In this document: piece after piece, positions 36,873-45,467 of the stretch
How the letters are laid out: the number at the start of each line of letters is the position of its first letter
Numbering within the stretch: the stretch's first letter is position 1
Source of the DNA: a virus
Lineage: Duplodnaviria; Caudoviricetes
DNA: 64,000 nt
IMG/VR virus record: IMGVR_UViG_3300021963_000022
Reading direction: 5' to 3' (one strand)
Notes under the pieces: generated by a model
Databases searched by the model: none
What the model was told of the DNA's origin: nothing
Seen by the model: only the letters and a program-made list of their open reading frames with translations
Made by a program: the position numbers and the translations under genes

Positions 36873-37344
36873 TGAAAATAAGCTGTTCACAGCACTAACT
36901 AACATTATTAGTTCTCCTAGAACAACAAAACTACTCAAGTCATTGATACTGCCCAATGGTAATGGGGAATATTTGTTGTTTGGTATATATGTGATACTTA
37001 AAGAAAGAGATTGTTATAGCGTACATATAGGAAATGAACAGATTAACACTTTCAGCGACTTAAAGACGGCAGTAACATGGGCTACTATGGATCATAGAAA
37101 TCTTATAATGGAATCTAATAAAGTCAGTATGCTTGATAAGCAAATAAATAGTTCTGAATTCAATATAGAGTTATACAAAAAAATGTACAAAAAATCCAAA
37201 GATGTAGATATGAAAGCTATCTACTTGAATAAGTTACAGACCAACACTATAAAGAAAAAAGAATTAACATGTGAATTGGACCTTCATATAAGAAAAATGC
37301 AAAAGTGGCAGCAGAGCAAATTTGCCGAGCAAACCACAAAATAA
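36865..37344 (+). CDS. hypothetical protein (start refined to ATG 36865)
   Basis: SD GAGGTG; coiled-coil C-terminus. Confidence 0.7.
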   Translation: MIDENKLFTALTNIISSPRTTKLLKSLILPNGNGEYLLFGIYVILKERDCYSVHIGNEQINTFSDLKTAVTWATMDHRNLIMESNKVSMLDKQINSSEFNIELYKKMYKKSKDVDMKAIYLNKLQTNTIKKKELTCELDLHIRKMQKWQQSKFAEQTTK

Positions 37345-37387
37345 TTCAAAACTGATAAATACAATATTAGTACTCTGGGAAAACACT

Positions 37388-38143
37388 ATGAAACTTACAG
37401 AATTTAACATGAAACCAAGTTTAATGGCTAAGCAAGCCTTAAAAGAACAATTTAACCAAACATTCAGTGTGGATAAGTTAGGACCTTTTGAGACTAAGCG
37501 TATGCTAAACAAGGTACGAGGCTTGATTAACGAGACCAAATCCAATAAAAGCGGAGTTGGTACAGAAAAGAATTCAGCGTATCTTAAATTGATATTCATG
37601 GAACAAGCATTAACTCATCACTACGGTGAACTTAAAGCAATGCCTATGTACAATCAACGCATCGTTGTAGAAAACGAAGAAGTTGAGAAGTCACAGGTTG
37701 TTTTAGCCGCACAAGAAATGGTCGATGCAATGCAAAAAATGATTGAGCAAGTATCTGACATGCTAGTCAAAGAACTACCTGCAGTTGTTGACGGTGTCAA
37801 CAGCGAGTTTGGTACAAGCGAAGGTGAGCAATTTAACAGCCAAGTATCCGAAGCATTGAGCGCATTACAACAATCACTAACACAATCTAAAACAGGATTG
37901 CAAGGTGCACTAGGTTCTATCACTGGTCAAGGTGGTGGTTTCGGTGGTGGAGAAATGGGTGGTGACATGGGTGGTGACATGGGTGGTGACATGGGTGGTG
38001 ACATGGGTGCTGATATGGGCGGGCAAGACATGTCAGGTGACGACCTTGAAGTCGGTGGTGATATGGGAGCAGATGCTGGTCCTGAATTACCAGAAGAGCC
38101 TGAAGAAGAACCAGAATCTCCAGTCGGCAGAGCTAAACGCTAA
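37388..38143 (+). CDS. late head-associated/scaffold-like protein (start refined to ATG 37388)
   Basis: Late box at 37355; starts MKLTEF; GGDM repeats; acidic Pro-rich tail. Confidence 0.7.
   Translation: MKLTEFNMKPSLMAKQALKEQFNQTFSVDKLGPFETKRMLNKVRGLINETKSNKSGVGTEKNSAYLKLIFMEQALTHHYGELKAMPMYNQRIVVENEEVEKSQVVLAAQEMVDAMQKMIEQVSDMLVKELPAVVDGVNSEFGTSEGEQFNSQVSEALSALQQSLTQSKTGLQGALGSITGQGGGFGGGEMGGDMGGDMGGDMGGDMGADMGGQDMSGDDLEVGGDMGADAGPELPEEPEEEPESPVGRAKR
37955..38014 (+). repeat. 12-bp coding tandem repeat (MGGD)
   Basis: ATGGGTGGTGAC four times perfect, plus one degenerate copy. Confidence 0.95.
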
Positions 38144-38144
38144 A

Positions 38145-38465
38145 ATGAGAATATACGAATTCGCGGATAATGATCCGTTGCGTGTTAAGTTGACGGCAGT
38201 TACTAGTCAACTTAAAAGCCTATTTCAAGGTTCGCAACAACCATTATCAACAGACGAATTCTTAAGAATGTTAAAAGATCAGGGTGTTGCACTAGGCAAA
38301 TCTGATCTTTTTGATATCGTAAAAAAAGAGCCACTTAAAAATATCATAGCTGATATTAACGATGACACAGTTACATTTAAGGGCGATGAACAAATTGGAC
38401 CAGATCCGAGCCCGGACGAAAACGAAAAAATTCGTAAACAAATGGCAAACAAAGCATTAAATTGA
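38145..38465 (+). CDS. hypothetical protein, CTS-like start MRIYEF (start refined to 38145)
   Basis: ATG 1 nt after the upstream stop; the longer track ORF is a shadow frame of the MGGD repeat. Confidence 0.7.
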   Translation: MRIYEFADNDPLRVKLTAVTSQLKSLFQGSQQPLSTDEFLRMLKDQGVALGKSDLFDIVKKEPLKNIIADINDDTVTFKGDEQIGPDPSPDENEKIRKQMANKALN

Positions 38466-38474
38466 CCTTTTAGA

Positions 38475-38503
38475 TTGTATTACATGTAAAAGTGTAGTAC
38501 AAT
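38475..38503 (+). promoter_or_regulatory. sigma70-type promoter (leaderless)
   Basis: TTGTAT, 17 nt, TACAAT; ATG 6 nt later with no SD. Confidence 0.65.
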
Positions 38504-38509
38504 TACCAT

Positions 38510-39196
38510 ATGTACATACCAAATAAATATAACTACGTTCCCATGAGTAGAGTGGAAGTAGACGGCAAACGCCGCTATGCTACTCCGGATGGTGAAAAAC
38601 TACCCAGTGTTACTACTGTATTAGAAGCTACTAAAAGTGAAGAAAGTAAAAAAGCTTTGCAAGAGTGGCGTAACCGAGTAGGACATCAAAAAGCACAAGA
38701 GATTACAACTGAAGCCGCAGGCCGTGGAACACGAATGCACAAATGGCTTGAGAATTATATTAAGACAGGAGCAACAGGTGAGCCCGGAAGCAATCCGTAT
38801 AGCTTGCAAAGCCATATTATGGCGCAAACTATCATTAATCAAGGTCTTGTTAACTGCAGTGAATGGTGGGGTACAGAAGTGCCGCTCTACTTTCCGAAGA
38901 TTTATGCAGGGACGACAGACTTAGTAGGTATACATGATGGCAACGAAGCTATCATGGATCATAAACAAACTAATAAACCTAAAAAGCGTGAGTGGATCGA
39001 AGACTACTTTGTTCAATTAGCAGCCTATGCTAACGCACATAATGAAGTACACGGTACAAAGATACGTAAAGGTGTCATTTTCATGTGTTCTGCTGACAAT
39101 ATCTATCAGGAGTTTATCTTAGAAGGCTCTGAGTTCGACAAATATTCTACTGTCTGGTTCGAACGTTTAGACAAATACTATTCACAGTTCCTATAA
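38510..39196 (+). CDS. PD-(D/E)XK exonuclease (lambda-exo/MGME1-like)
   Basis: LPSVTTVL, RGTRMHKWLE, EVPL..YAGTTD, IMDHKQT and QLAAYA. Confidence 0.88.
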   Translation: MYIPNKYNYVPMSRVEVDGKRRYATPDGEKLPSVTTVLEATKSEESKKALQEWRNRVGHQKAQEITTEAAGRGTRMHKWLENYIKTGATGEPGSNPYSLQSHIMAQTIINQGLVNCSEWWGTEVPLYFPKIYAGTTDLVGIHDGNEAIMDHKQTNKPKKREWIEDYFVQLAAYANAHNEVHGTKIRKGVIFMCSADNIYQEFILEGSEFDKYSTVWFERLDKYYSQFL

Positions 39197-39233
39197 TAGT
39201 TGATAAATAGTATAATCATATAAAGATTATACT

Positions 39234-42200
39234 ATGGCTATCGTACAAATCTCCAAAATTCAACACCGTACAGGTGCAAACGTTGACTTACCCCAATTAG
39301 ATATCGGGGAGATCGGTTTTGCAACTGATGACAGGCGTATATATATAGGTAACGATCCTGTAATACATCCTGCCGCTAATTCAAGTACTACTACACAAAC
39401 AGAAATTCTCACTGAGGTTAGTAATTTAAGTTTCGGAAAAATTACAGGTACTGGTAACGGCAATATTAATTTATCAAACGTTGTTCCCGGGCAGTTAGTT
39501 GTTGCTAAAAACATCGCAAACTCTACTAACTTAGAGTGGGTTAATGCAGGTGGAAACGCTAAACAGCCTGGTAATACTAGTCAATATAATAATGTTAATG
39601 TTCACTTAGGTCATGCTGACTACGTTAAGTTAGGCGGCGGTACTAACGGTTATATATTACAAACAGACGGTACAGGTAACTTAACTTGGGCAGCATTCTT
39701 AACTGGCAACGTTGTTTCTGGAACACCAGGTGGTGCTAACAGTCAAATTCAATACAATCAAGGTGGTACTACCTTTGGTGGTAGTTCCGGCTTTGTATAC
39801 AATGAAGTTACCGGCGAACTTACTAACGCCGGTAATATTAATGTTACATCAGGTAATATATACGGTAATTTGATAGGTCCACATAACGGTACAGTGGGTG
39901 CAGGTACACCTAACACAGGTGCATTCACTAGTATTATTGTAGCTAATAATGCAACTATTACAGGAAACATTACTGGTGGCAACGCTAATATTTCAGGTAG
40001 AATAGCAGTAACAGGTAATGCTAACGTCGGTAATTTATTCAGTACTGGTTTAGCAAACGTAGGTAATCTTAGAGTTACAAGTCGTGTACAATCTAACCTA
40101 GTCCCTTCATCTGATGAAACTTTTGACTTGGGTTCTAGTTCACTTAAGTGGAGAGATTTGTATCTAAGTGGAACTACAATCAACTTAGGAACACAAAATA
40201 TTTCATCTAACACTAATGGTGTTAGTATAACAGGTAACTTGTATCTTTCAACTAACACTATCAATGTTGCATCAGTAACTGCAAATACAGTAAGCGGTAC
40301 ATTAACTACAGCCGCACAGCCTAACATTACTAGTATTGGTAATCTAAGCACATTAGCTGTAGATGGTATTAGTTATTTAGGTAATGCAGCCAATGTTAGA
40401 ATTTCAGGTGGTGTTAATGGTTATGTGTTAACTACTAATGGATTAGGTGGGCTATCATGGGAGCCGGCATTAGCTACTTCTACACCACCGGGCGGTTCAA
40501 ACACATTCATTCAATTCAACAATAATGGGTCATTCGGTGGCGACGCCGCATTAACATATGATCCTATAAATTTCTTAGCAACTGTACCAAATATAACTGT
40601 TAATGGTATACTACAGACAGCTAGCGTTTCTAACGTTAAGATACCCGGCGGTACTAGTGGTCAATTCTTAAGAACAAATGGTGCAGGTACTTTAACATGG
40701 GCTACACCTGGTGGTGGTGGTGGCACACCCGGCGGTGCTAATAGCGAAATTCAATTTAATGATGCTGGTGCATTTGGTGCAAGTTCAGCCTTCACTTTCA
40801 ATAGTGGTTCAAATACATTAACAGTAGCTAACATAGCAGGTACTATTACAACAGCCGCACAGCCTAATATTACTAGTGTGGGTAACTTAACAAGTTTAAT
40901 TGTCACTGGTAATATCACTGCAGGTAATTTAAGTGGTGCAAATGCAGTTGTTGCTAACTTCTTTGTTGGTAGTGGTGCTAATCTAACTAATATCAATGGC
41001 GCTAATGTAGGACAAGTTGCAAATGCAAACTTTGCGTCATATGCAGGCTCTGCTAATTCTGCATTAGTTGCAAATACAGTTAATGATAATGCTCAACCTA
41101 ATATAACTAGTTTAGGTACATTATCTAACTTAACTGTATCAGGTATTACCACACTGGGTAATGTAGGTAATGTTAATATTACGGGTGGAGCAAATGGTCA
41201 ATTCTTAAGAACAGATGGAACCGGCAATTTAACTTGGGTATCGGCTCAATCTCCTGACTCTAACGCAAATTCTGTACAGTTTAATGTAAGTGGTGCATTT
41301 ACTGGTAGTGCAGACTTTACATTTAACAATTCTACAAACACATTAGCAGTAACCTTAATGACTGGTACGCTAACAACTAATGCACAACCTAATATCACTA
41401 GTGTAGGTAACTTAACAAACTTGACAGTAACTGGTAATATTACTGGTGGTAATGCTAACTTAGGTAATGCAGTTATTGCTAACTTCTTTATCGGTAGCGG
41501 TGCTAATTTAATAAACTTGCCTGCAGGTAACATATTAGGTGCAGTATCTAACGCTGATATTGCAAATACTGTTTCAGTAAATGCACAGCCTAACATTACT
41601 AGTCTTGGTAATCTAACAGTGTTAGAAGTAACCGGTAATGCTAATATCGGTAACATCGAAACAGTTAATATTGTAACTGCAAATTACTTGTATGGTGATG
41701 GTAGCAACATAACCGGTATTGATGGAAATGCTATTAGCGGTGACGTAGCAAACGCAAACTATTCTGCGTATGCTGGATATGTTACAGGAGCACAACAAAG
41801 TAATATTACTAGTGTAGGTAACTTAACTTCATTACGTATATCAGGCACAAATAGTATAAATTCAACTGATGCTTTGATATTAGATGGTTCAGTGACCAAT
41901 ATGTATATATCGACTGATCCTACTGGATTCAGTATACTTGATAAGCCTGCACATTCAGGTTCAGGTATATTAGTATTTGATGCATTAGTAGGGATAGTAC
42001 CATTACAAGCTGCAGGCTTTGGAGCTCCCCAGTTAGCAAATACTGCTAACACGGATGCAATAGTATTAGCAAAGAATGATTCAACAGCACCTAACTCACA
42101 TTCGTTTATTCCAGTAAGCGACTTTACTACTAACTTGGGTGATAGTGAGGATGAAGCATTAGGTAGTTCATTCTTTAGAAATGCATACTTAGCTAGTGTT

Positions 42201-42374
42201 GTGATTAAAGATACATCTGATGCAAATACTTCTAACTGGCCAACAGCACCTAACTGGCAACTATTAGGTGGGGCAGATGGATTGTATATTACAGATGGCT
42301 TCGGTGTCTATAAAATAACAGTTGGAGTTGATGTAGCCGGTAATGTAGGCGTTCCGGTACCAATTGCTAGATAA
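39234..42374 (+). CDS. long tail fibre/baseplate-associated protein with repeated modules
   Basis: Mtd-N-like start (QHRTG..LPQLDIGEIGFATD.RRIYIG); about 6 AQPNITS(V/L/I)G(N/T)L repeats; GGxNxxIQ(F/Y)N and G.L.T(D/N)G.G.L.W modules. Confidence 0.8.
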   Translation: MAIVQISKIQHRTGANVDLPQLDIGEIGFATDDRRIYIGNDPVIHPAANSSTTTQTEILTEVSNLSFGKITGTGNGNINLSNVVPGQLVVAKNIANSTNLEWVNAGGNAKQPGNTSQYNNVNVHLGHADYVKLGGGTNGYILQTDGTGNLTWAAFLTGNVVSGTPGGANSQIQYNQGGTTFGGSSGFVYNEVTGELTNAGNINVTSGNIYGNLIGPHNGTVGAGTPNTGAFTSIIVANNATITGNITGGNANISGRIAVTGNANVGNLFSTGLANVGNLRVTSRVQSNLVPSSDETFDLGSSSLKWRDLYLSGTTINLGTQNISSNTNGVSITGNLYLSTNTINVASVTANTVSGTLTTAAQPNITSIGNLSTLAVDGISYLGNAANVRISGGVNGYVLTTNGLGGLSWEPALATSTPPGGSNTFIQFNNNGSFGGDAALTYDPINFLATVPNITVNGILQTASVSNVKIPGGTSGQFLRTNGAGTLTWATPGGGGGTPGGANSEIQFNDAGAFGASSAFTFNSGSNTLTVANIAGTITTAAQPNITSVGNLTSLIVTGNITAGNLSGANAVVANFFVGSGANLTNINGANVGQVANANFASYAGSANSALVANTVNDNAQPNITSLGTLSNLTVSGITTLGNVGNVNITGGANGQFLRTDGTGNLTWVSAQSPDSNANSVQFNVSGAFTGSADFTFNNSTNTLAVTLMTGTLTTNAQPNITSVGNLTNLTVTGNITGGNANLGNAVIANFFIGSGANLINLPAGNILGAVSNADIANTVSVNAQPNITSLGNLTVLEVTGNANIGNIETVNIVTANYLYGDGSNITGIDGNAISGDVANANYSAYAGYVTGAQQSNITSVGNLTSLRISGTNSINSTDALILDGSVTNMYISTDPTGFSILDKPAHSGSGILVFDALVGIVPLQAAGFGAPQLANTANTDAIVLAKNDSTAPNSHSFIPVSDFTTNLGDSEDEALGSSFFRNAYLASVVIKDTSDANTSNWPTAPNWQLLGGADGLYITDGFGVYKITVGVDVAGNVGVPVPIAR

Positions 42375-42393
42375 TTAGATAAATATATAATAC

Positions 42394-42445
42394 ACTCTCA
42401 ATTCGGGGAGTTTATGCGGTCCCCCGCGTAGTGGATAGAACCCAC
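42394..42445 (+). ncRNA. candidate structured 5' leader (three hairpins)
   Basis: Lies between the late box (42379) and SD AAGGAG: ACTCTC-aattcg-GGGAGT, TATGCGG-tccc-CCGCGTA, GTGG-atagaac-CCAC. Confidence 0.5.
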
Positions 42446-42465
42446 AATATTCAAGGAGAAAACAA

Positions 42466-42924
42466 ATGGCAAGACCACTTAAAATAGCAAAAGACTCAAC
42501 AATCGATATCGGATTCCCAAATGACGGTACAACAGATAACGGATTTAACGGTAACGGAATAGGAGTAGTTGGTGGAAATAACGTAAGTCTTAACGTAGTA
42601 GTACGTGTAAAGATTGGCGCAAACGCAGAAGCAGACGGGTATATCTTACGTCAAAAAGCAAAACGTAAGTACTTAGTCACTGACGGTGTAAATACCGGTG
42701 TATGTACATTGGCTGATGTTGCTGATGATAGTTTAGCAGATGATGACATGACAATCACTGCAACTGATAATAACGGAGACCCAATTCGTTTTTCTACTAT
42801 GACAAACAAATGGGCATTAGACTTTTCAGATACTAAGTATTTGTTGTCATTCTTTACTACAGCGGCTGCTGGTACTACTCCTGGTACTGATTATGAAAAA
42901 GTATCAGTTGAAAACAACGATTAA
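42466..42924 (+). CDS. putative virion structural protein
   Basis: Late promoter, strong SD, beta-rich acidic 152 aa, followed by a terminator. Confidence 0.7.
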   Translation: MARPLKIAKDSTIDIGFPNDGTTDNGFNGNGIGVVGGNNVSLNVVVRVKIGANAEADGYILRQKAKRKYLVTDGVNTGVCTLADVADDSLADDDMTITATDNNGDPIRFSTMTNKWALDFSDTKYLLSFFTTAAAGTTPGTDYEKVSVENND

Positions 42925-42936
42925 TATCAACATAAT

Positions 42937-42965
42937 AAAAAAAAGCGACTTAGGTCGCTTTTTTT
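42937..42965. terminator. bidirectional intrinsic terminator between convergent genes
   Basis: A8-GCGAC-ttag-GTCGC-T7. Confidence 0.9.
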
Positions 42966-43369
42966 ATTATCTTCTGTATCTTTTCTTGAACCACTTCAAA
43001 GTTTACTGTGTTGAATAAACCAGGATGTAGTGGTTTAGGATATCTTCTATAATCTACCCAAGCATAACCTACATGTTCTTCATTTAATATAGGAATGAAT
43101 TCATTCTCAATGATACAAAAGAATGTATGATAAGTGAATGTGTTATTCACAAATTTCTGTATAGGTATTAGTTTTGCATGTTCTGGAAAGAAGTTAATTT
43201 CTTCACTGCACTCACGTTCAACACCTTCTATTAGTGTTTCACCTTCTTCAAGCTTTCCACCGGGTAGTCCCCAATTACCAATGTTCTTTTCATCGCTTCT
43301 TAATAAGAATAGCAATCGTTTAGTTTGGGAACAATAGAAGAATACGCCCGCTGAAATATTTTTGTGCAT
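42950..43369 (-). CDS. Nudix hydrolase
   Basis: Nudix box WGLPGGKLEEGETLIEGVERECSEE. Confidence 0.9.
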   Translation of the reverse strand: MHKNISAGVFFYCSQTKRLLFLLRSDEKNIGNWGLPGGKLEEGETLIEGVERECSEEINFFPEHAKLIPIQKFVNNTFTYHTFFCIIENEFIPILNEEHVGYAWVDYRRYPKPLHPGLFNTVNFEVVQEKIQKIIKKAT

Positions 43370-43385
43370 ATAGTAATTTATCTGT

Positions 43386-44771
43386 TTAAATCACTATGCT
43401 AAAATCTCCTGGAGCATACCATCCTTCATACGCTTTCATCCATGACATACCATCAAAACGATATTGTACACCAGTGGTTAAGTTAGTAACAAATTGAATA
43501 TCGCTAATTATCGTAGAATTAAAACTTACTATCCAATTAGTACCATCAAACTCAATAATGTCATTTGCATGTGCAACTAAGTTACCCCATGCGTTTGATG
43601 TTTCAATATTGTTATCACTACCGATATCTTCAACAATCAAATAACGCTGACCAATTACAGGTTCAGGTAATCCATTTTCTTCACTAGGAGTGCTAGGTCC
43701 TTTTTGCAATGGATTTATAACGCTATCAACTGCATCCATAGTGTTGGCCGGTAAGGTATCAGTATCAATGTTATATATTAATAATCTATCATCTGTTGGG
43801 TTAAATGCTATAGTACCTACAATATCAGTATCCATATATGGGTTTTGTAACCATATCTGACTGATACCCGGTCTAACAGTACCGTATACATTTAAAAAGC
43901 TTTCCCATATAACCTCACTATTAGGACCTGCAGGTGTATCTAATGTATTGTTGCCAGGTGTAAATGCTGCACCATCTGGTAATACTTGTAGTGTATTACC
44001 TAATAGTAATATTTTATATCCATATGGAGTTATCTTTTGACGAGTACCTAATAGTAATTCATCGTCTTGCATATCTGACAGTGCATTACCCTTAAAGATA
44101 CTAGCAATAATCTTGTAGATGATATTCATCTTAGTAATCTTAGCCGCACTACTAATCCATATAGGCATGTAGAATTTCCAAGTCATCACATCAACAGGAT
44201 TGCCGCTACCTTGTGGAATAACACGACTACTAAATGTTAATCCATCTTGATATACAACACTTAAACTAGTCCAATCAATAAAGTTATCAGTGCTTTGTAT
44301 TTCCATGCTTGGATTAAACAATACACCTAATTGCTCAATTAATTCTAATTTCTGATTATAGTTCGTAGTCCAAAAGTCTACGGTAATTCTTAACGTATAG
44401 GGTACAGGCATGATACGTTCAACACTAAATGCTTGACCTTGTGTTGTTTCATATTGACCTGTTTGCTGATTGAATGTCTTTTGACGAACATCAAGTTGTT
44501 CAATAAAATAAGGATCTTGTGTTCTACGTTGGTCGTATTCAAGTCCGGTAATATAGTAAGTAATCAGTGGTGCGCTAGGCAAACTGCTAGGACTGTTTTC
44601 AGCTATTTGAGTAGCTGCCATACGACTTTGATCACCGTACATGATTGGCACACGTACTTGAATGTCATTGCCTGCAGGGTCTTTCCCTTTAGTAACTTGC
44701 CAGTTACTAAAGATTCTTGCGAATTGAACCAGAAACCTGCGGATCTGATTATCATAAAAGTAAGAAGCCAA
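43386..44771 (-). CDS. tail terminator/sheath stabiliser (T4 gp15-like) with C-terminal extension; TTG start at 44771
   Basis: YFYDNQIRRFLVQFARIFS, VPIMYGD, ERIMPVPY, ELIEQL..LFNP; SD-like AAGGGA 7 nt before the TTG. Confidence 0.7.
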   Translation of the reverse strand: MASYFYDNQIRRFLVQFARIFSNWQVTKGKDPAGNDIQVRVPIMYGDQSRMAATQIAENSPSSLPSAPLITYYITGLEYDQRRTQDPYFIEQLDVRQKTFNQQTGQYETTQGQAFSVERIMPVPYTLRITVDFWTTNYNQKLELIEQLGVLFNPSMEIQSTDNFIDWTSLSVVYQDGLTFSSRVIPQGSGNPVDVMTWKFYMPIWISSAAKITKMNIIYKIIASIFKGNALSDMQDDELLLGTRQKITPYGYKILLLGNTLQVLPDGAAFTPGNNTLDTPAGPNSEVIWESFLNVYGTVRPGISQIWLQNPYMDTDIVGTIAFNPTDDRLLIYNIDTDTLPANTMDAVDSVINPLQKGPSTPSEENGLPEPVIGQRYLIVEDIGSDNNIETSNAWGNLVAHANDIIEFDGTNWIVSFNSTIISDIQFVTNLTTGVQYRFDGMSWMKAYEGWYAPGDFSIVI

Positions 44772-44773
44772 AA

Positions 44774-45467
44774 TTAAGTCCCTTGTATAAATAATAGTGT
44801 AACTCGCGGTTTCGGACACCCAGTTACTCTAAAGCTATCAAGGAGCATCAGCATGACTATTTATCTTTATAAAAAGACCCATCGTATTACTGGATTACAG
44901 TACTTAGGTAAAACTACATCAAACGACCCTCACTCATATACCGGATCTGGTAAATATTGGAAATCACATCTAAAAAAACATGGATCTGATTATGATACTG
45001 AAATTTTAAGAGAATGTGCAACTAATGATGAAGTTAAACAATGGGGAGAATATTACAGTATATTATGGAATGTAGTTAGCAGTAATGATTGGGCTAATTT
45101 AAAGACAGAATCAGGTGATGGCGGTGATCCAGGACCAATAGGTCGTAGCAAAATTTCAAAGGCCCAAACAGGAAGAAAGCATACTTTTGAAGAAAATGTG
45201 AATAAAAGTAAAAGACAAACCGGGATAAAACGTTCTCAGGAATATCTTGCAAAAAAGATAGGTAAAAAATATAAAAAACCTAAAATACGAAGCAGTCCTA
45301 ATAAAAATAAAGGTCGTCCACTTCCGCAAGAATGGATTGATAAAAGTGCAAAAACTCGCACAGGTATGAAATACAAAATAGTAGAGTGCCCTCATTGTCT
45401 AAAACAAGGCGGTTCTTGTACAATGCCAAGATGGCACTTTGATAATTGTAAACTTAAAAAAGCTTAA
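44774..45467 (+). mobile_element. free-standing homing-endonuclease cassette inserted antisense between two neck genes
   Basis: About 690 bp bounded by TTAA at 44774-44777 and 45464-45467; carries its own TATAAATA (44786), a hairpin leader and an SD. Confidence 0.6.
44853..45467 (+). CDS. GIY-YIG (Seg-like) homing endonuclease with NUMOD3-like basic repeats and C-terminal CPHC..HFDNC motif
   Basis: IYLYKK..GLQYLGKT..YTGSG.YW; SKISKAQTGRK; CPHCLKQG..RWHFDNCK. Confidence 0.8.
   Translation: MTIYLYKKTHRITGLQYLGKTTSNDPHSYTGSGKYWKSHLKKHGSDYDTEILRECATNDEVKQWGEYYSILWNVVSSNDWANLKTESGDGGDPGPIGRSKISKAQTGRKHTFEENVNKSKRQTGIKRSQEYLAKKIGKKYKKPKIRSSPNKNKGRPLPQEWIDKSAKTRTGMKYKIVECPHCLKQGGSCTMPRWHFDNCKLKKA

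Noticed and set aside
37955-38014. 12-bp tandem repeat as a CRISPR or regulatory array; ORF 37932 with VVTW repeats
   Set aside because: There are no spacers; the repeat encodes MGGD in the 37388 gene. The VVTW frame is its shadow, and the real downstream gene starts at 38145.
38510-39196. Cas4 call for the PD-(D/E)XK nuclease
   Set aside because: It lacks the Cas4 Fe-S cysteine cluster and has no cas or CRISPR context.
39234-42374. Diversity-generating retroelement target (Mtd-N-like start)
   Set aside because: No reverse transcriptase and no TR/VR pair differing at adenines in the window.
42405-42430. H-type pseudoknot in the 42394 leader
   Set aside because: The order of pairings fits, but loop 3 would be 0 nt, which is sterically implausible. 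Kept only as an alternative pairing.
44772-44819. N-terminal extension of the gp15-like gene (track start 44819)
   Set aside because: It runs through the endonuclease promoter and hairpin. A TTG at 44771 with an SD-like AAGGGA is a better start.
44853-45467. TnpB/IscB-type RNA-guided nuclease, given the upstream RNA structure and C-terminal Cys motif
   Set aside because: No RuvC motifs; the N-terminus is GIY-YIG-like, and the structured region is too short for an omega/reRNA.
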